Shown: piece by piece, positions 54,568 through 64,000 of the stretch
Position numbering within the stretch: position 1 is the stretch's first letter
Layout: each line of letters begins with the position of its first letter
Assembly: GCA_030430425.1 (NCBI GenBank)
Contig: JAUIFS010000001.1
Location: forward strand, 5,992 to 69,991
Direction: 5' to 3'
Source of the DNA: a bacterium
Lineage (GTDB): Bacteria > Patescibacteriota > Minisyncoccia > Phycocordibacterales > UBA918
Length of the DNA: 64,000 nucleotides
Made by a program: the position numbers and the translations under genes
Notes under the pieces: generated by a model
The model's database searches: none
Told to the model about the DNA's origin: nothing
What the model saw: only the letters and a program-made list of their open reading frames with translations

Positions 54568-54804
54568 ATGAAAGCATCGCACAAGAACACCAAAAAGACA
54601 CTGTCGATCTTTGGCGCAATCAGCAGCGTGCTGATTATTGCCTTCGGCATCTACCTGTATATGAGCTATAACGCCAATGCAGGTACGCCAACAGTGTCAA
54701 AAACGGAATCGTCAGCGCCACTGACGTCCGTGCGGCCAATGCCGCGCCCAGAAGCACGTGCACGCGCCTTCCGCGCACAGCAACTGATTCTGGAAAACAA
54801 ATAA
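54568..54804 (+). CDS. small membrane protein (78 aa)
   Basis: SD ggagaag upstream; one TM (LSIFGAISSVLIIAFGIYLYM); basic/Pro-rich tail. Confidence 0.45.
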   Translation: MKASHKNTKKTLSIFGAISSVLIIAFGIYLYMSYNANAGTPTVSKTESSAPLTSVRPMPRPEARARAFRAQQLILENK

Positions 54805-54915
54805 GCAAAGCAGCGCTTTGCAAAAACGCCCGAGCATAAGCTCTGGGCGTTTTTACGTAGATACTGCAACATACACTGTATAACTAAACGGTTTGCAGTG
54901 CCAAGGGAGGGTATA

Positions 54916-56721
54916 ATGAGACACAAGAACACACGGGATGTTTGTTTGTTCTACTGTTTTTTATATATGCGTATACAAGATGAACAACTAAAGCGCTTTG
55001 TTTCAGACGCGGGGCTCGTACCCAAAAAGGACCTTGAAGCTGCACAAAAAGTAGCAAAGGAAGAAAAAAGAACGCTTGCTGAAGCACTTATTGCGGGAGG
55101 GTATCTTACTGAAGACGACCTTCGTCGTGTGGAGTCGTATGTGTTGGGGATTCCGTTTGTGTCACTTAAGGAAGAAAAGATCGACTTTGAGATTCTCTCA
55201 CTCATCCCCGAACCCGTCGCACGAAACCACAATATTATCGCGTTTAAAAAGAATGACGCGTCGCTCGAGGTTGCCATGCTTGACACCGCTGACTTGCCTG
55301 CAATCGATTTTGTAAAGAAAAAAGTAGGACTGAAAATTCTCCCGCGCCTGACCGACACTGAGTCGATGCGTTTTGCGCTCCAGCAGTACCAAAAAACACT
55401 GAAGGATGAGTTTGGTGACATTATCGCTAAAGAGTCCTCTGCTTTGAAAATAATTACAGAAGAAGGGGGAGAGGAAGTTAGTGAAGCTGACCTTAAGAAA
55501 ATGGCAGAAGACCTCCCGGTGGTGCGTATTGTGGACACGCTTTTACGACACGCGATTATCCAAGGCGCATCTGATATTCATATTGAACCAATGGAAGAGC
55601 AATTACTCGTTCGGTATCGTATTGACGGTATTTTGCATGATGCGATGACACTGCCGAAACATGCATCATCGACTATTGCGGCACGCCTGAAGGTGCTTTC
55701 AAGCTTAAAGCTCGATGAAAAGCGTCTCCCGCAGGACGGTCGCTTTAAAATGGAAATGGACGGACAAAAAGTATCGTTTCGTGTGTCGGTACTTCCTATT
55801 TTTTACGGTGAAAAGATCGTCATGCGTCTGTTGCGTGAAAACCGTTCAGGATTCTCATTGGAAGGTATTGGGTTCCATGGGAGTACGCATGAGCGGATTC
55901 AGAGTGCGATGAAGCAAACTACAGGAATCATTCTCGTGACTGGTCCAACAGGTTCAGGTAAAACAACAACCTTGTACACTATTCTCGATCTGCTTAATAC
56001 GCCAGAGGTAAACGTTTCAACTATTGAAGACCCGATTGAGTATCAAATGCCCCGTATCAATCAGACACAGGTAAAGTCTGAAATTGGCTTTACCTTCTCA
56101 GCTGGGTTGCGATCACTCATGCGTCAGGACCCTGACATTATTATGGTGGGAGAGATCCGTGACCAAGAAACCGCAAGTCTTGCGATCAACGCTGCACTTA
56201 CCGGACACCTTGTGCTTGCAACCGTACACACCAACTCAGCTGCAGGAACGATTGCGCGACTTGTTGACATGGGCGTGGAGTCATTTTTGATGGTTTCTAC
56301 GTTGCGTGTTGCAATTGGTCAACGACTAGTACGCCGCATAAAGGAAGATGCACGTGAGCCATATACACTTACCTCGAACGAAAAATCAGAACTTTCAAAA
56401 CATGCTGATCTTGATCGAGTACTCGAAACGCTCAAAGAAGAAAATATTATAAAATCAAACGCTACGTGGAACAGCGTGCCATTTTATCATGCGGTACCAG
56501 ATGCATCTGGGGAAGAAGTCTATAAAGGACGCATGGGGATCCATGAGGTGTTGCCGGTATCTACTACTATGAAAGACATGGTGATGTCGAGTGCCACTGC
56601 AGATCAGATTGAGGAACAAGCGCGAAAAGAAGGAATGCTTACCATGCTTGAGGATGGTATTTACAAAGCTGCACGCGGGATGACTACCATCGAAGAGGTA
56701 CTTCGGGTTATTAATGAATAA
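54916..56721 (+). CDS. pilB: type IV pilus assembly ATPase PilB (GspE family)
   Basis: SD gggaggg 6 nt upstream of ATG 54916. N-terminal GSPII-E domain; Walker A GPTGSGKTTT; Asp and His boxes; tetra-Cys region absent or degenerate. Confidence 0.9.
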   Translation: MRHKNTRDVCLFYCFLYMRIQDEQLKRFVSDAGLVPKKDLEAAQKVAKEEKRTLAEALIAGGYLTEDDLRRVESYVLGIPFVSLKEEKIDFEILSLIPEPVARNHNIIAFKKNDASLEVAMLDTADLPAIDFVKKKVGLKILPRLTDTESMRFALQQYQKTLKDEFGDIIAKESSALKIITEEGGEEVSEADLKKMAEDLPVVRIVDTLLRHAIIQGASDIHIEPMEEQLLVRYRIDGILHDAMTLPKHASSTIAARLKVLSSLKLDEKRLPQDGRFKMEMDGQKVSFRVSVLPIFYGEKIVMRLLRENRSGFSLEGIGFHGSTHERIQSAMKQTTGIILVTGPTGSGKTTTLYTILDLLNTPEVNVSTIEDPIEYQMPRINQTQVKSEIGFTFSAGLRSLMRQDPDIIMVGEIRDQETASLAINAALTGHLVLATVHTNSAAGTIARLVDMGVESFLMVSTLRVAIGQRLVRRIKEDAREPYTLTSNEKSELSKHADLDRVLETLKEENIIKSNATWNSVPFYHAVPDASGEEVYKGRMGIHEVLPVSTTMKDMVMSSATADQIEEQARKEGMLTMLEDGIYKAARGMTTIEEVLRVINE

Positions 56722-57958
56722 GTCTCTGCACATGCCTACATTTACGTACACAGGGGAAGATAAAGACGGAACAGCGATAACACAAACAGTCGAGGCAGCA
56801 GATCGTTTTGCAGTGTATGAGATTGCACGTGTTGCGGGGCACACGGTACACAACATCGGTGCACAGAAGAAAATCAATATACAGCAGTTGCTCAATGTAG
56901 AGAAAATAGAATATGCACTGAGTCGAGTGAAGCAAGATGAATTGGTGATGATGACGCGCAACCTCGGGTCTATGCTCGTTGCCGGACTGCCACTTTCTCG
57001 CGCACTTTCAGTGATCGAGCGTCAGAGTAAAAACCCAAAACTAAAAGGAGTTATTACAGACGTTGCTGAACGTATTAATACAGGTGAAGGGTTTCACGAA
57101 GCTATTGGACGGTATCCAAAGATTTTTAGTGATCTCTACGTCGCCATGGTGCGCGCAGGAGAAGAGAGTGGGAAAATGGCTGAAGCGCTCCACACACTGA
57201 GTATCCAAATGGAACGCTCATCTTCTTTGAAGAAAAAAATTAAGGGTGCAATGATCTATCCTGCAATTGTTATTACTATCCTGGTCATCATTGGGGTGTT
57301 GATGATGATCTTTGTAATGCCGTCAATCACTGACACGTTTAAAAAACTTGATGTTGATTTGCCGATGACAACACAAATACTTATCCAGGTGAGTGATTTT
57401 ATGAGCCAAAATGCAGTACTTACTATTTTAGGAATGATCGGGTTTGTAGTGGGTTTCATTTTCGCACTGCGCAGCGGTCCAGGGAAGAAGATTGCGTCTT
57501 GGGTGATTCCGAAGCTTCCTATTATTGGGAATATGGCAAAGGAGACAAACGCAGCGCGAACTGCACGCACGCTTTCCTCGCTTCTTTCTTCAGGGGTGGA
57601 TGTTATTCGTTCTCTGAATATTACTGAAGAGGTGGTGCAAAATTATTATTATAAAAAAATTATTGCTGATGCTGCAAAACGTGTCGAAAAAGGAACCGCA
57701 CTGTCAGAAATATTTATTGAACGTGATGATTTATATCCGGTTCTCGTAGGGGAGATGATTCTCGTAGGGGAAGAGACAGGTAATATTGCAAAAATGCTTG
57801 AGGAACTTGCGGTGTTTTATGAGACAGAGGTGGAACAGAAAACGAAAGATCTTTCAACTATTATTGAACCACTGCTTATGGTTGTCATTGGGGGAACGGT
57901 AGGTTTCTTTGCGTTGGCAATGATTGCACCAATTTACTCAATTAGTGACAGTATCTAG
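56714..57958 (+). CDS. pilC: type IV pilus inner-membrane platform protein PilC (GspF family)
   Basis: Overlaps the pilB stop by 8 nt; two GspF repeats each followed by TM helices; 414 aa. Confidence 0.9.
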   Translation: MNKSLHMPTFTYTGEDKDGTAITQTVEAADRFAVYEIARVAGHTVHNIGAQKKINIQQLLNVEKIEYALSRVKQDELVMMTRNLGSMLVAGLPLSRALSVIERQSKNPKLKGVITDVAERINTGEGFHEAIGRYPKIFSDLYVAMVRAGEESGKMAEALHTLSIQMERSSSLKKKIKGAMIYPAIVITILVIIGVLMMIFVMPSITDTFKKLDVDLPMTTQILIQVSDFMSQNAVLTILGMIGFVVGFIFALRSGPGKKIASWVIPKLPIIGNMAKETNAARTARTLSSLLSSGVDVIRSLNITEEVVQNYYYKKIIADAAKRVEKGTALSEIFIERDDLYPVLVGEMILVGEETGNIAKMLEELAVFYETEVEQKTKDLSTIIEPLLMVVIGGTVGFFALAMIAPIYSISDSI

Positions 57959-57968
57959 TATTTAGTTT

Positions 57969-59753
57969 ATGCATGTACGCACAAAACAGGTAGCGCAAAA
58001 TACGAAGTATTTTGCGCTACCTGTTTTTAGAAGGGGGTATACATTTATTGAATTACTGGTGACTATTGCAATTTTTACACTTGTATTTACGGCATTATTT
58101 GCAGGTGTACAAGCTTCACTTTCACTCGTGGGGACTTCTAAGGCACAAGCGGGGGCTTTAGCACTTATGGTTGATCGAATGGAGTACTTACGATCACTTC
58201 CGTACAACGATCTTGGGACTATCTCAGGCGTACCAGCCGGATCAATTCCTCAAAATCGTACTGTTTCGATAAACGGCATTGAGTATACAGAGCGTGTTTT
58301 AGTACAGTATGTTGATGATGATGCCGATGGTGTCGGCGGCGCAGATAGCAATGGAATTCTTGCTGATTACAAACAAGTCAAAATTGAATATTCGTGGACG
58401 GTGGGTGGAAAATCAAACAGCGCTGCACTTGTTTCAAATATGATCCCTACTGGGATTGAGACAACTGCAGGTGGCGGAACTATCCGTGTAAATGTGTTTG
58501 ATGCGGGAGTACTTCCAGTTGTTGGTGCGTCGGTACGTTTTGTAAATAATTCATTGAGTAGTCCTATTGATACCACACGATACACCGATCCTACGGGAGT
58601 TGCGTATCTTTCAGGTGCTCCCGCCGGTGCTGATTACGAGATTACCGTTACTGATACCAATTACTCAACAGACGGAACGCATACGGCAACAACGTCAAAT
58701 CCAAACCCAACCACACCACCTGTTGCAGTACTTGAAAGCCAGGTTTCAACGATGAACTTTCAGATCGACGAACTGAGTGATTTGCGTATAAAAACAGTTG
58801 CACCTGCAACATTCGGTTCATATACAGACACGTTTACTGATACAACAGGTCTCTATACGCAAGCAAGCACTACCGTTGGCGGCGGAAGTCTCATGTTAGC
58901 TGCTGATGCAGGAGTATATCGACCATACGGTGTTACGGTAAGTGCAAGTACCACACCAGGAACTATTGCTGCTTGGTATATGCTCGATTTTTCAGCTACC
59001 ACCTCAGCGTCAACGTCAGTTGCAGTGTCTGTGTTGTATGACAATGGGGGAACCATGCAGCATGTTCCCGATGGAGACTTGCCAGGGAACAGTGCGGGGT
59101 TTACATCTGCGCCAGTGGATCTTTCAGCGCTTGATGTTTCTACCTACGACACACTTGGTATACAGGCAACATTAGAGACAATTGACGGAGCGTACACCCC
59201 TGAGATATATGATTGGGAGCTTCGTCATATTGTTTCACAAAGTCCAATCTCTGGAGTGGCAATGGAAATAAGTGGCAGTAAAAGTATTGGAACCGATGGC
59301 GCAGCACAGCCAGTATTAAAATACAGTGACACCGGAACTACTGATGGTTCAGGAGAATGGGACCAACCCAACATCGAATATGATCTGTATGATATTGCAG
59401 TGGTCAGTGCTGGATACGATGTCTATGAAGTATGTCCAGTTGTACCGTATGCTCTGGACCCTGGTGTATCAGAAGAGATCTTGTTTATATTGGGAGCAGC
59501 TGCAGGAAATATGCTTCGCGTGCATGTAACTGAAACTGATGGTACGCCAATTCCTAACGCAACGGTGCGTCTTGAAAATACGGGGGTGGATGAACTGTCA
59601 GTGACTTCTTTGTGTGGACAAGCGTACTTTAGTAGTGGTTTGTATGCAGATAGTAACTATACACTCACTACGTCGGCTGCAGGATTTACTACTGACGTAT
59701 CTACGGGGGTAGAAGTGACCAGTAGCAGTACGGTAACCGTTATACTTAACTAA
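57969..59753 (+). CDS. large type IV pilin-like protein (594 aa) with class III leader and Thr/Ser/Gly-rich beta-rich body
   Basis: Prepilin signature RRG-YTFIELLVTIAIFTLVF (Gly-1, Glu+5) followed by about 550 aa. Confidence 0.7.
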   Translation: MHVRTKQVAQNTKYFALPVFRRGYTFIELLVTIAIFTLVFTALFAGVQASLSLVGTSKAQAGALALMVDRMEYLRSLPYNDLGTISGVPAGSIPQNRTVSINGIEYTERVLVQYVDDDADGVGGADSNGILADYKQVKIEYSWTVGGKSNSAALVSNMIPTGIETTAGGGTIRVNVFDAGVLPVVGASVRFVNNSLSSPIDTTRYTDPTGVAYLSGAPAGADYEITVTDTNYSTDGTHTATTSNPNPTTPPVAVLESQVSTMNFQIDELSDLRIKTVAPATFGSYTDTFTDTTGLYTQASTTVGGGSLMLAADAGVYRPYGVTVSASTTPGTIAAWYMLDFSATTSASTSVAVSVLYDNGGTMQHVPDGDLPGNSAGFTSAPVDLSALDVSTYDTLGIQATLETIDGAYTPEIYDWELRHIVSQSPISGVAMEISGSKSIGTDGAAQPVLKYSDTGTTDGSGEWDQPNIEYDLYDIAVVSAGYDVYEVCPVVPYALDPGVSEEILFILGAAAGNMLRVHVTETDGTPIPNATVRLENTGVDELSVTSLCGQAYFSSGLYADSNYTLTTSAAGFTTDVSTGVEVTSSSTVTVILN

Positions 59754-59755
59754 GT

Positions 59756-60358
59756 ATGCAAAAAAAATGTATACCACAAAAAGGAATGACCTTAGTTGAG
59801 GTAATTATTGTCTCGACACTTTTTTCACTCATCATGTTTGCTGTCGGAGAAAGTATTGCAACCATGTATCGCTCTAATGCGTATACAATTGCACAGTCAT
59901 TTCAAGTGCAGCATGCACGGAAAGGCGTCCAGGCCTTGGTGCGCGATATTCGTGAAATGACGTATGCTGACGACGGCACGTTTCCACTTGCAGATATGCA
60001 AGAGCATCGCATCGGATTTTATAGTGACATTGATCGAGACAGTAGTGTTGAGTATGTTGAGTATGAGCTTGCAACAAACACCCTGAGTAAACGTGTTTAC
60101 AATGCCACAGGATCACCCGCAACGTATGACACTTCTGCATCTGATGAGACATATATACTTTCAGAGTATGTACAAAATCAGGACTATGGCACATCAACAT
60201 TTTACTACTTTGATGAAAATGGAAATGAAGCAACTGCAACTTCTACCGTAACTGATATCCGTTTTATCCGCGTGCAATCTATTATCAACATCGATCCTAT
60301 TCGTGATCCAGGACAATTTATGTTGCGCAGTAGCGCGTCGTTGCGTAATGTTAACTAA
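59756..60358 (+). CDS. type IV pilin / pseudopilin (200 aa)
   Basis: KG-MTLVEVIIVSTLFSLIMFAV prepilin N-terminus with Glu+5. Confidence 0.7.
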   Translation: MQKKCIPQKGMTLVEVIIVSTLFSLIMFAVGESIATMYRSNAYTIAQSFQVQHARKGVQALVRDIREMTYADDGTFPLADMQEHRIGFYSDIDRDSSVEYVEYELATNTLSKRVYNATGSPATYDTSASDETYILSEYVQNQDYGTSTFYYFDENGNEATATSTVTDIRFIRVQSIINIDPIRDPGQFMLRSSASLRNVN

Positions 60359-60368
60359 TACATAAGCT

Positions 60369-61778
60369 ATGAGTACTTTTCAATCTAATGCACAAAAAGG
60401 AACACTGTTGGTATTGGTGCTTGTGTTTGGAGCAGTATTTTTCGTAATGGCAGCAAGTTTTCTTAATTATTTTGTATCACAATCAGAATTACAAAAGTCT
60501 AAATACCAACTCGGGCAAGCGCGTGAGATAGCTGAAGCTGGACTTAATTATTACAAATGGTACTTAGCACATTATCCAGACGACGTAACTCATGGCACCG
60601 GCGTACCAGGTCCGTATACGCTTCCATACGATGATCCGGAGCTAGGAACTATAGGTGAATACTCACTTGAGATTGCCAGTAGTACCTTTTGTGGGCAGGT
60701 GAGTTCTATTGAAATCACATCAACAGGTCACACGTATGAGAATCCAAACATGGCACAAACTATTTATGCTCGCTATGCACGTCCTACCGTTGCAGAGTAT
60801 GCGTACATCATTAACTCAAATGTATGGGCAGGTGCTGACCGAACGATTATTGGTCCGTATCATTCAAACGGCGGTGTGCGTATGGACGGGACAAACAATT
60901 CCACGGTAACGTCTGGACAGGCAACCTGGAACTGCACGAGTTCGTTTGGCTGTAGTCCCTCCGATGCAAATGCTGATGGGGTTGTAGGGAGTGGTCCGAA
61001 CTTTGATTTGTGGACGTTCCCATCAACACCGATTAACTTCACGGGACTCACTGTTGATCTTGCACTCATGCGTGATCGTGCAGAAAACGGTGGTGGTATC
61101 TACATTCCACCATCTGGTGATTATGGGTATCGTGTGACTTTTGAAAGTGATGGGGATGTAGTTGTTCGTGTAGTAGATCGTACATGGAGCCACTACGAGT
61201 ATTCATCTGATGATGGTTGGTATGTTGCACGAAATCTCATTCGTGACGATGATCCTTATGCAACCTATACGCTTAATGAAGCGTGCCCACTCATTTTTGT
61301 TGAAGACAAAGTATGGCTTGAAGGTGAGGTGCCAGGGAAGGTTACGATTGCTGCGGCAGATACTGATACGCCGGGAAATGATTTTTCAATAATTCTGCAC
61401 GATAATATTACCTATGCCACTGCCAGTTCAGGATTGCTTGCAATCGCTGAAGAAGATGTTCTGGTGGGTTACGATGTGCCGAACAATATGGAGCTCAATG
61501 GTATCTTTATTGCGCAAAACGGTAAATTTGGAAGGAATCGTTACACTTCCTCAGTAAATGGTGGTGATCGGTGTCGTAATTCGTTAACTATTCATGGCAC
61601 AATAGTATCTAATGGTCGCGTTGGTACGAAGTGGTCTGGTTCAGGATGTGGTGGATACAACTCAGGCTTTGATATTCGCTATAACTCATATGATAGAGAC
61701 CTTGTGAATGATCCACCGCCACTTGCGCCGCACACCTCGGACGATTTTCGATTTATTGAATGGAGGGAGATGTATTAA
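60369..61778 (+). CDS. minor-pilin-like protein lacking Glu+5 (469 aa)
   Basis: KG-TLLVLVLVFGAVFFVMAA hydrophobic N-terminus (PilX/GspK-like, no E5) followed by a large Gly/Asn/Thr-rich domain. Confidence 0.55.
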   Translation: MSTFQSNAQKGTLLVLVLVFGAVFFVMAASFLNYFVSQSELQKSKYQLGQAREIAEAGLNYYKWYLAHYPDDVTHGTGVPGPYTLPYDDPELGTIGEYSLEIASSTFCGQVSSIEITSTGHTYENPNMAQTIYARYARPTVAEYAYIINSNVWAGADRTIIGPYHSNGGVRMDGTNNSTVTSGQATWNCTSSFGCSPSDANADGVVGSGPNFDLWTFPSTPINFTGLTVDLALMRDRAENGGGIYIPPSGDYGYRVTFESDGDVVVRVVDRTWSHYEYSSDDGWYVARNLIRDDDPYATYTLNEACPLIFVEDKVWLEGEVPGKVTIAAADTDTPGNDFSIILHDNITYATASSGLLAIAEEDVLVGYDVPNNMELNGIFIAQNGKFGRNRYTSSVNGGDRCRNSLTIHGTIVSNGRVGTKWSGSGCGGYNSGFDIRYNSYDRDLVNDPPPLAPHTSDDFRFIEWREMY

Positions 61779-61958
61779 TATACATCTCCCCCCTGATTGC
61801 TACGAGAGTCGCAATGGTCGATCTGGGTCCTCATTTGAAGCAGGATGAGTTGGAGGGAGTGCACGAGATACAAAAGTACAGAAAAGAACACGATGTAATA
61901 ACGTCGTGTTCTTTTCCCATGATACAATCAATCTATTAGAAATAGCATTGATTGCAGC

Positions 61959-62741
61959 ATGAAATCACACATCCCTCTCATTGTCGGGAACTGGAAAATG
62001 AATCCCGCAACACTTGGAAAAGCGCGAAAGCTCTTTCTTGATACTCGAAAAGAAATTGGGCGGAAGAAATTAGAAACGCAAATAGCAGTAGCACCGCCAT
62101 TCCCATTTCTTTCGGAAATGCAGCGGCTGTCTCCATCGCAGCGTATTGGACTTGCAGCACAGGACGTTTTTTTTGAAAGTATTGGTGCACATACTGGGGA
62201 GGTGTCTTTGCCGATGTTGAAGAGTGTGGGAGTTAGTTCAGTAATTGTTGGACATTCTGAACGGCGCGCAGCAGGAGAGACTGATGAAGAGATATATAAA
62301 GACATACAAGCAATTTTCAAAAGTGGTGTGACTGCTATTGTCTGTGTGGGAGAAAAGGCGCGTGATGCACAGGGCAACTATTTTGGTATTGTTGAAGCAC
62401 AAATACGCTCTGCCATCCGGAGCATTCCAAAGACAAAACTAAAACAGCTTGTCATTGCGTACGAACCGGTGTGGGCAATTGGTACGGGCAACCATGCAAC
62501 TGCTGAAGATGTGCACGAAATGAAACTTTTTATACAGAAAATTATCGCTGATCAATTTGGAAGAGATGCTATTAAAAAAGTGCGTGTCCTCTATGGCGGC
62601 TCAGTGAAAAAGAAAAATGCGCACGCGTTGTTAGCAGTGGGGCAGGTAGATGGGTTTCTTATCGGGGGAGCAAGCCTCAAGCCAAAAGAGTTTGCAGCGA
62701 TTATTCATATAGCAGAATCACATGGAAAAGGCACCCTTTAA
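61959..62741 (+). CDS. tpiA: triose-phosphate isomerase
   Basis: IVGNWKMN..., VGHSERR, AYEPVWAIGTG, GGASLK motifs. Confidence 0.9.
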   Translation: MKSHIPLIVGNWKMNPATLGKARKLFLDTRKEIGRKKLETQIAVAPPFPFLSEMQRLSPSQRIGLAAQDVFFESIGAHTGEVSLPMLKSVGVSSVIVGHSERRAAGETDEEIYKDIQAIFKSGVTAIVCVGEKARDAQGNYFGIVEAQIRSAIRSIPKTKLKQLVIAYEPVWAIGTGNHATAEDVHEMKLFIQKIIADQFGRDAIKKVRVLYGGSVKKKNAHALLAVGQVDGFLIGGASLKPKEFAAIIHIAESHGKGTL

Positions 62742-63864
62742 AAGCGTTACACAGTGTAAAGGGTTGCAAGGGACCTATGTGCTTCTTCGCACTTCCATCA
62801 ATGTTCCTATTGTTGATGGTGAGGTATTTAATCAGTTTCGGATTATGCGCAGTCTTCCAACGATTCAATACTTGGTAGAGCAGGGTGCGCGTGTGATTGC
62901 GTGTGGTCACATTGGAAGTGACGGTGCACAAAGTACAAAACCAGTTGCGGACATCATTGGAAAGTATGCACCAGTGCATTTTTCTACGGAAGTTTCTGGT
63001 GTTACCTCAAAGAATTTCCGTGACGAACTCAAAGATGGAGAAGTGCTCTTTCTTGAGAACCTCCGTAAAGATCCTCGTGAAAAACAAAATGATGCTGATT
63101 TTGCACGTGAACTCGCTGATTTAGCTGATGTGTATGTAAACGATGCATTTCCTGTATCACATCGGGAACATGCATCGATTGTAGGAGTGCCTGCGTTTCT
63201 TCCTTCATATGTAGGTATGAACTTCGTACATGAGTTTACCGAACTCACGAAGGCACTCACACCCAAAAAGCCAGCTCTCTTCTTACTGGGAGGAGCAAAG
63301 TTTGATACAAAAATGCCGCTGGTTGAGAAATTTTTGTCTATTTATGACCACTTATTTATTGGAGGTGCGCTTGCAAATGATTTCTTCAAAGCAAAAGGGT
63401 ATGAGGTGGGCACCTCACTTGTTTCAGATATCGATCTTTCAGACAGTCCGTTGCTTGCGCATGAACAGATTCTGCTTCCGATTGATGTAGTGGTGAGTGA
63501 TGGCAAAGAAACGCGCGTATGTGGACCTGATGCAGTACAGAAAAACGAAGCGATTGTAGACGCTGGTCCCCAAACAGTCGCGATGCTCACACCGCTTATT
63601 GCACATGCACAGATGGTGCTTTGGAATGGTCCGTTTGGAAACTATGAAGCAGGGTTCGATACGTATACTATGGAAACTGCAAAACTAATTGGTGCTGCCG
63701 ATGGCTATTCGGTAGTTGGTGGGGGAGACACCGTTGCGGTTATTGAGTCGCTCTTCTGTCAAGAAAAATATAGCTTCCTTTCAACGGCCGGAGGAGCTAT
63801 GCTTTCGTTTTTAGAAAATGGAACGGTGTCTGCAATTGAAGCACTTAAGAGTGCTGCTAAGTAG
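62722..63864 (+). CDS. pgk: phosphoglycerate kinase
   Basis: N-terminal LLRTSINVPIVDGEVFNQFRI...ACGHIGS and C-terminal GGGDTVAV; 380 aa; overlaps tpiA by 20 nt. Confidence 0.9.
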   Translation: MEKAPFKSVTQCKGLQGTYVLLRTSINVPIVDGEVFNQFRIMRSLPTIQYLVEQGARVIACGHIGSDGAQSTKPVADIIGKYAPVHFSTEVSGVTSKNFRDELKDGEVLFLENLRKDPREKQNDADFARELADLADVYVNDAFPVSHREHASIVGVPAFLPSYVGMNFVHEFTELTKALTPKKPALFLLGGAKFDTKMPLVEKFLSIYDHLFIGGALANDFFKAKGYEVGTSLVSDIDLSDSPLLAHEQILLPIDVVVSDGKETRVCGPDAVQKNEAIVDAGPQTVAMLTPLIAHAQMVLWNGPFGNYEAGFDTYTMETAKLIGAADGYSVVGGGDTVAVIESLFCQEKYSFLSTAGGAMLSFLENGTVSAIEALKSAAK

Positions 63865-63909
63865 TCTTAAATGTCTGGATGTGGTATTCTCAGTTTAGAG
63901 GAGAATACT

Positions 63910-64000
63910 ATGGCAGATGAATTTGAAAAAAGGTATCGAAAGAACCTAAAACGTCTCAAGGAAAGACCTGTTCGAACAAGTGAGCCACACAACCCTGGAC
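63910..64000 (+). CDS. 5' end of an unidentified ORF (runs off window)
   Basis: SD ggaga upstream of ATG; MADEFEKRYRKNLKRLKERPVRTSEPHNPG... Confidence 0.3.
   Translation, partial: MADEFEKRYRKNLKRLKERPVRTSEPHNPG

Noticed and set aside
58040-58062. SD-like agaaggggg inside the 594-aa pilin ORF suggesting a later start
   Set aside because: The purine run encodes the RRG of the prepilin leader. No in-frame ATG, GTG or TTG follows at the right spacing before the conserved FIELLV.

Overview
This 64 kb window looks like a streamlined bacterial chromosome segment with standard genetic code and about 47% GC. Its gene content is typical of CPR/Patescibacteria-type genomes. The conserved core comprises ksgA, a UvrD/PcrA helicase, a LysM-M23 peptidase, comM/yifB, a DksA/TraR zinc finger, pnp, rpsO, a tyrosine recombinase, xth, cca, def, yraN, corA, an ECF sigma/anti-sigma pair, mscS, an S1 protease, HU, pheA, rny, clpP, tig, ppaC, nusA, tpiA and pgk. 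Four tRNAs are present (Arg-TCG, Gly-GCC, Pro-TGG, Gly-TCC) and there are many palindromic intrinsic terminators. The accessory content includes five blocks. First, at the left edge, a type IV secretion module with Gram-positive prgH-prgI-prgJ-like synteny: a VirB6/TrbL-like 825-aa protein, a PrgI/VirB3-like protein and a VirB4 ATPase. The VirB4 is encoded as two same-frame ORFs separated by four stop codons. Several secreted or acidic proteins of unknown family sit alongside. Second, a type IV pilus operon (pilB, pilC) followed by three prepilin-leader proteins of 594, 200 and 469 aa. Third, two AT-rich islands. One carries a phosphotransferase-fold kinase-like gene. The other lies next to the recombinase and carries a 448-aa HExxH protein and a RelE/ParE-like ORF. 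Fourth, an HD-domain (SpoT-like) hydrolase operon with two unknown proteins, and an HTH plus LAGLIDADG-like protein abutting tRNA-Gly. Fifth, unexplained non-coding structure: a shared 16-nt palindromic core at two loci, about 120-bp tandem repeats upstream of the ECF sigma gene, paired operator-like palindromes in a 1.3-kb intergenic region, a small promoter-terminator unit, and a hairpin-dense 600-bp region next to tRNA-Gly(TCC). No CRISPR array, rRNA or reverse transcriptase was found. Coordinates of non-ORF features are hand-derived and may be off by a few bases.
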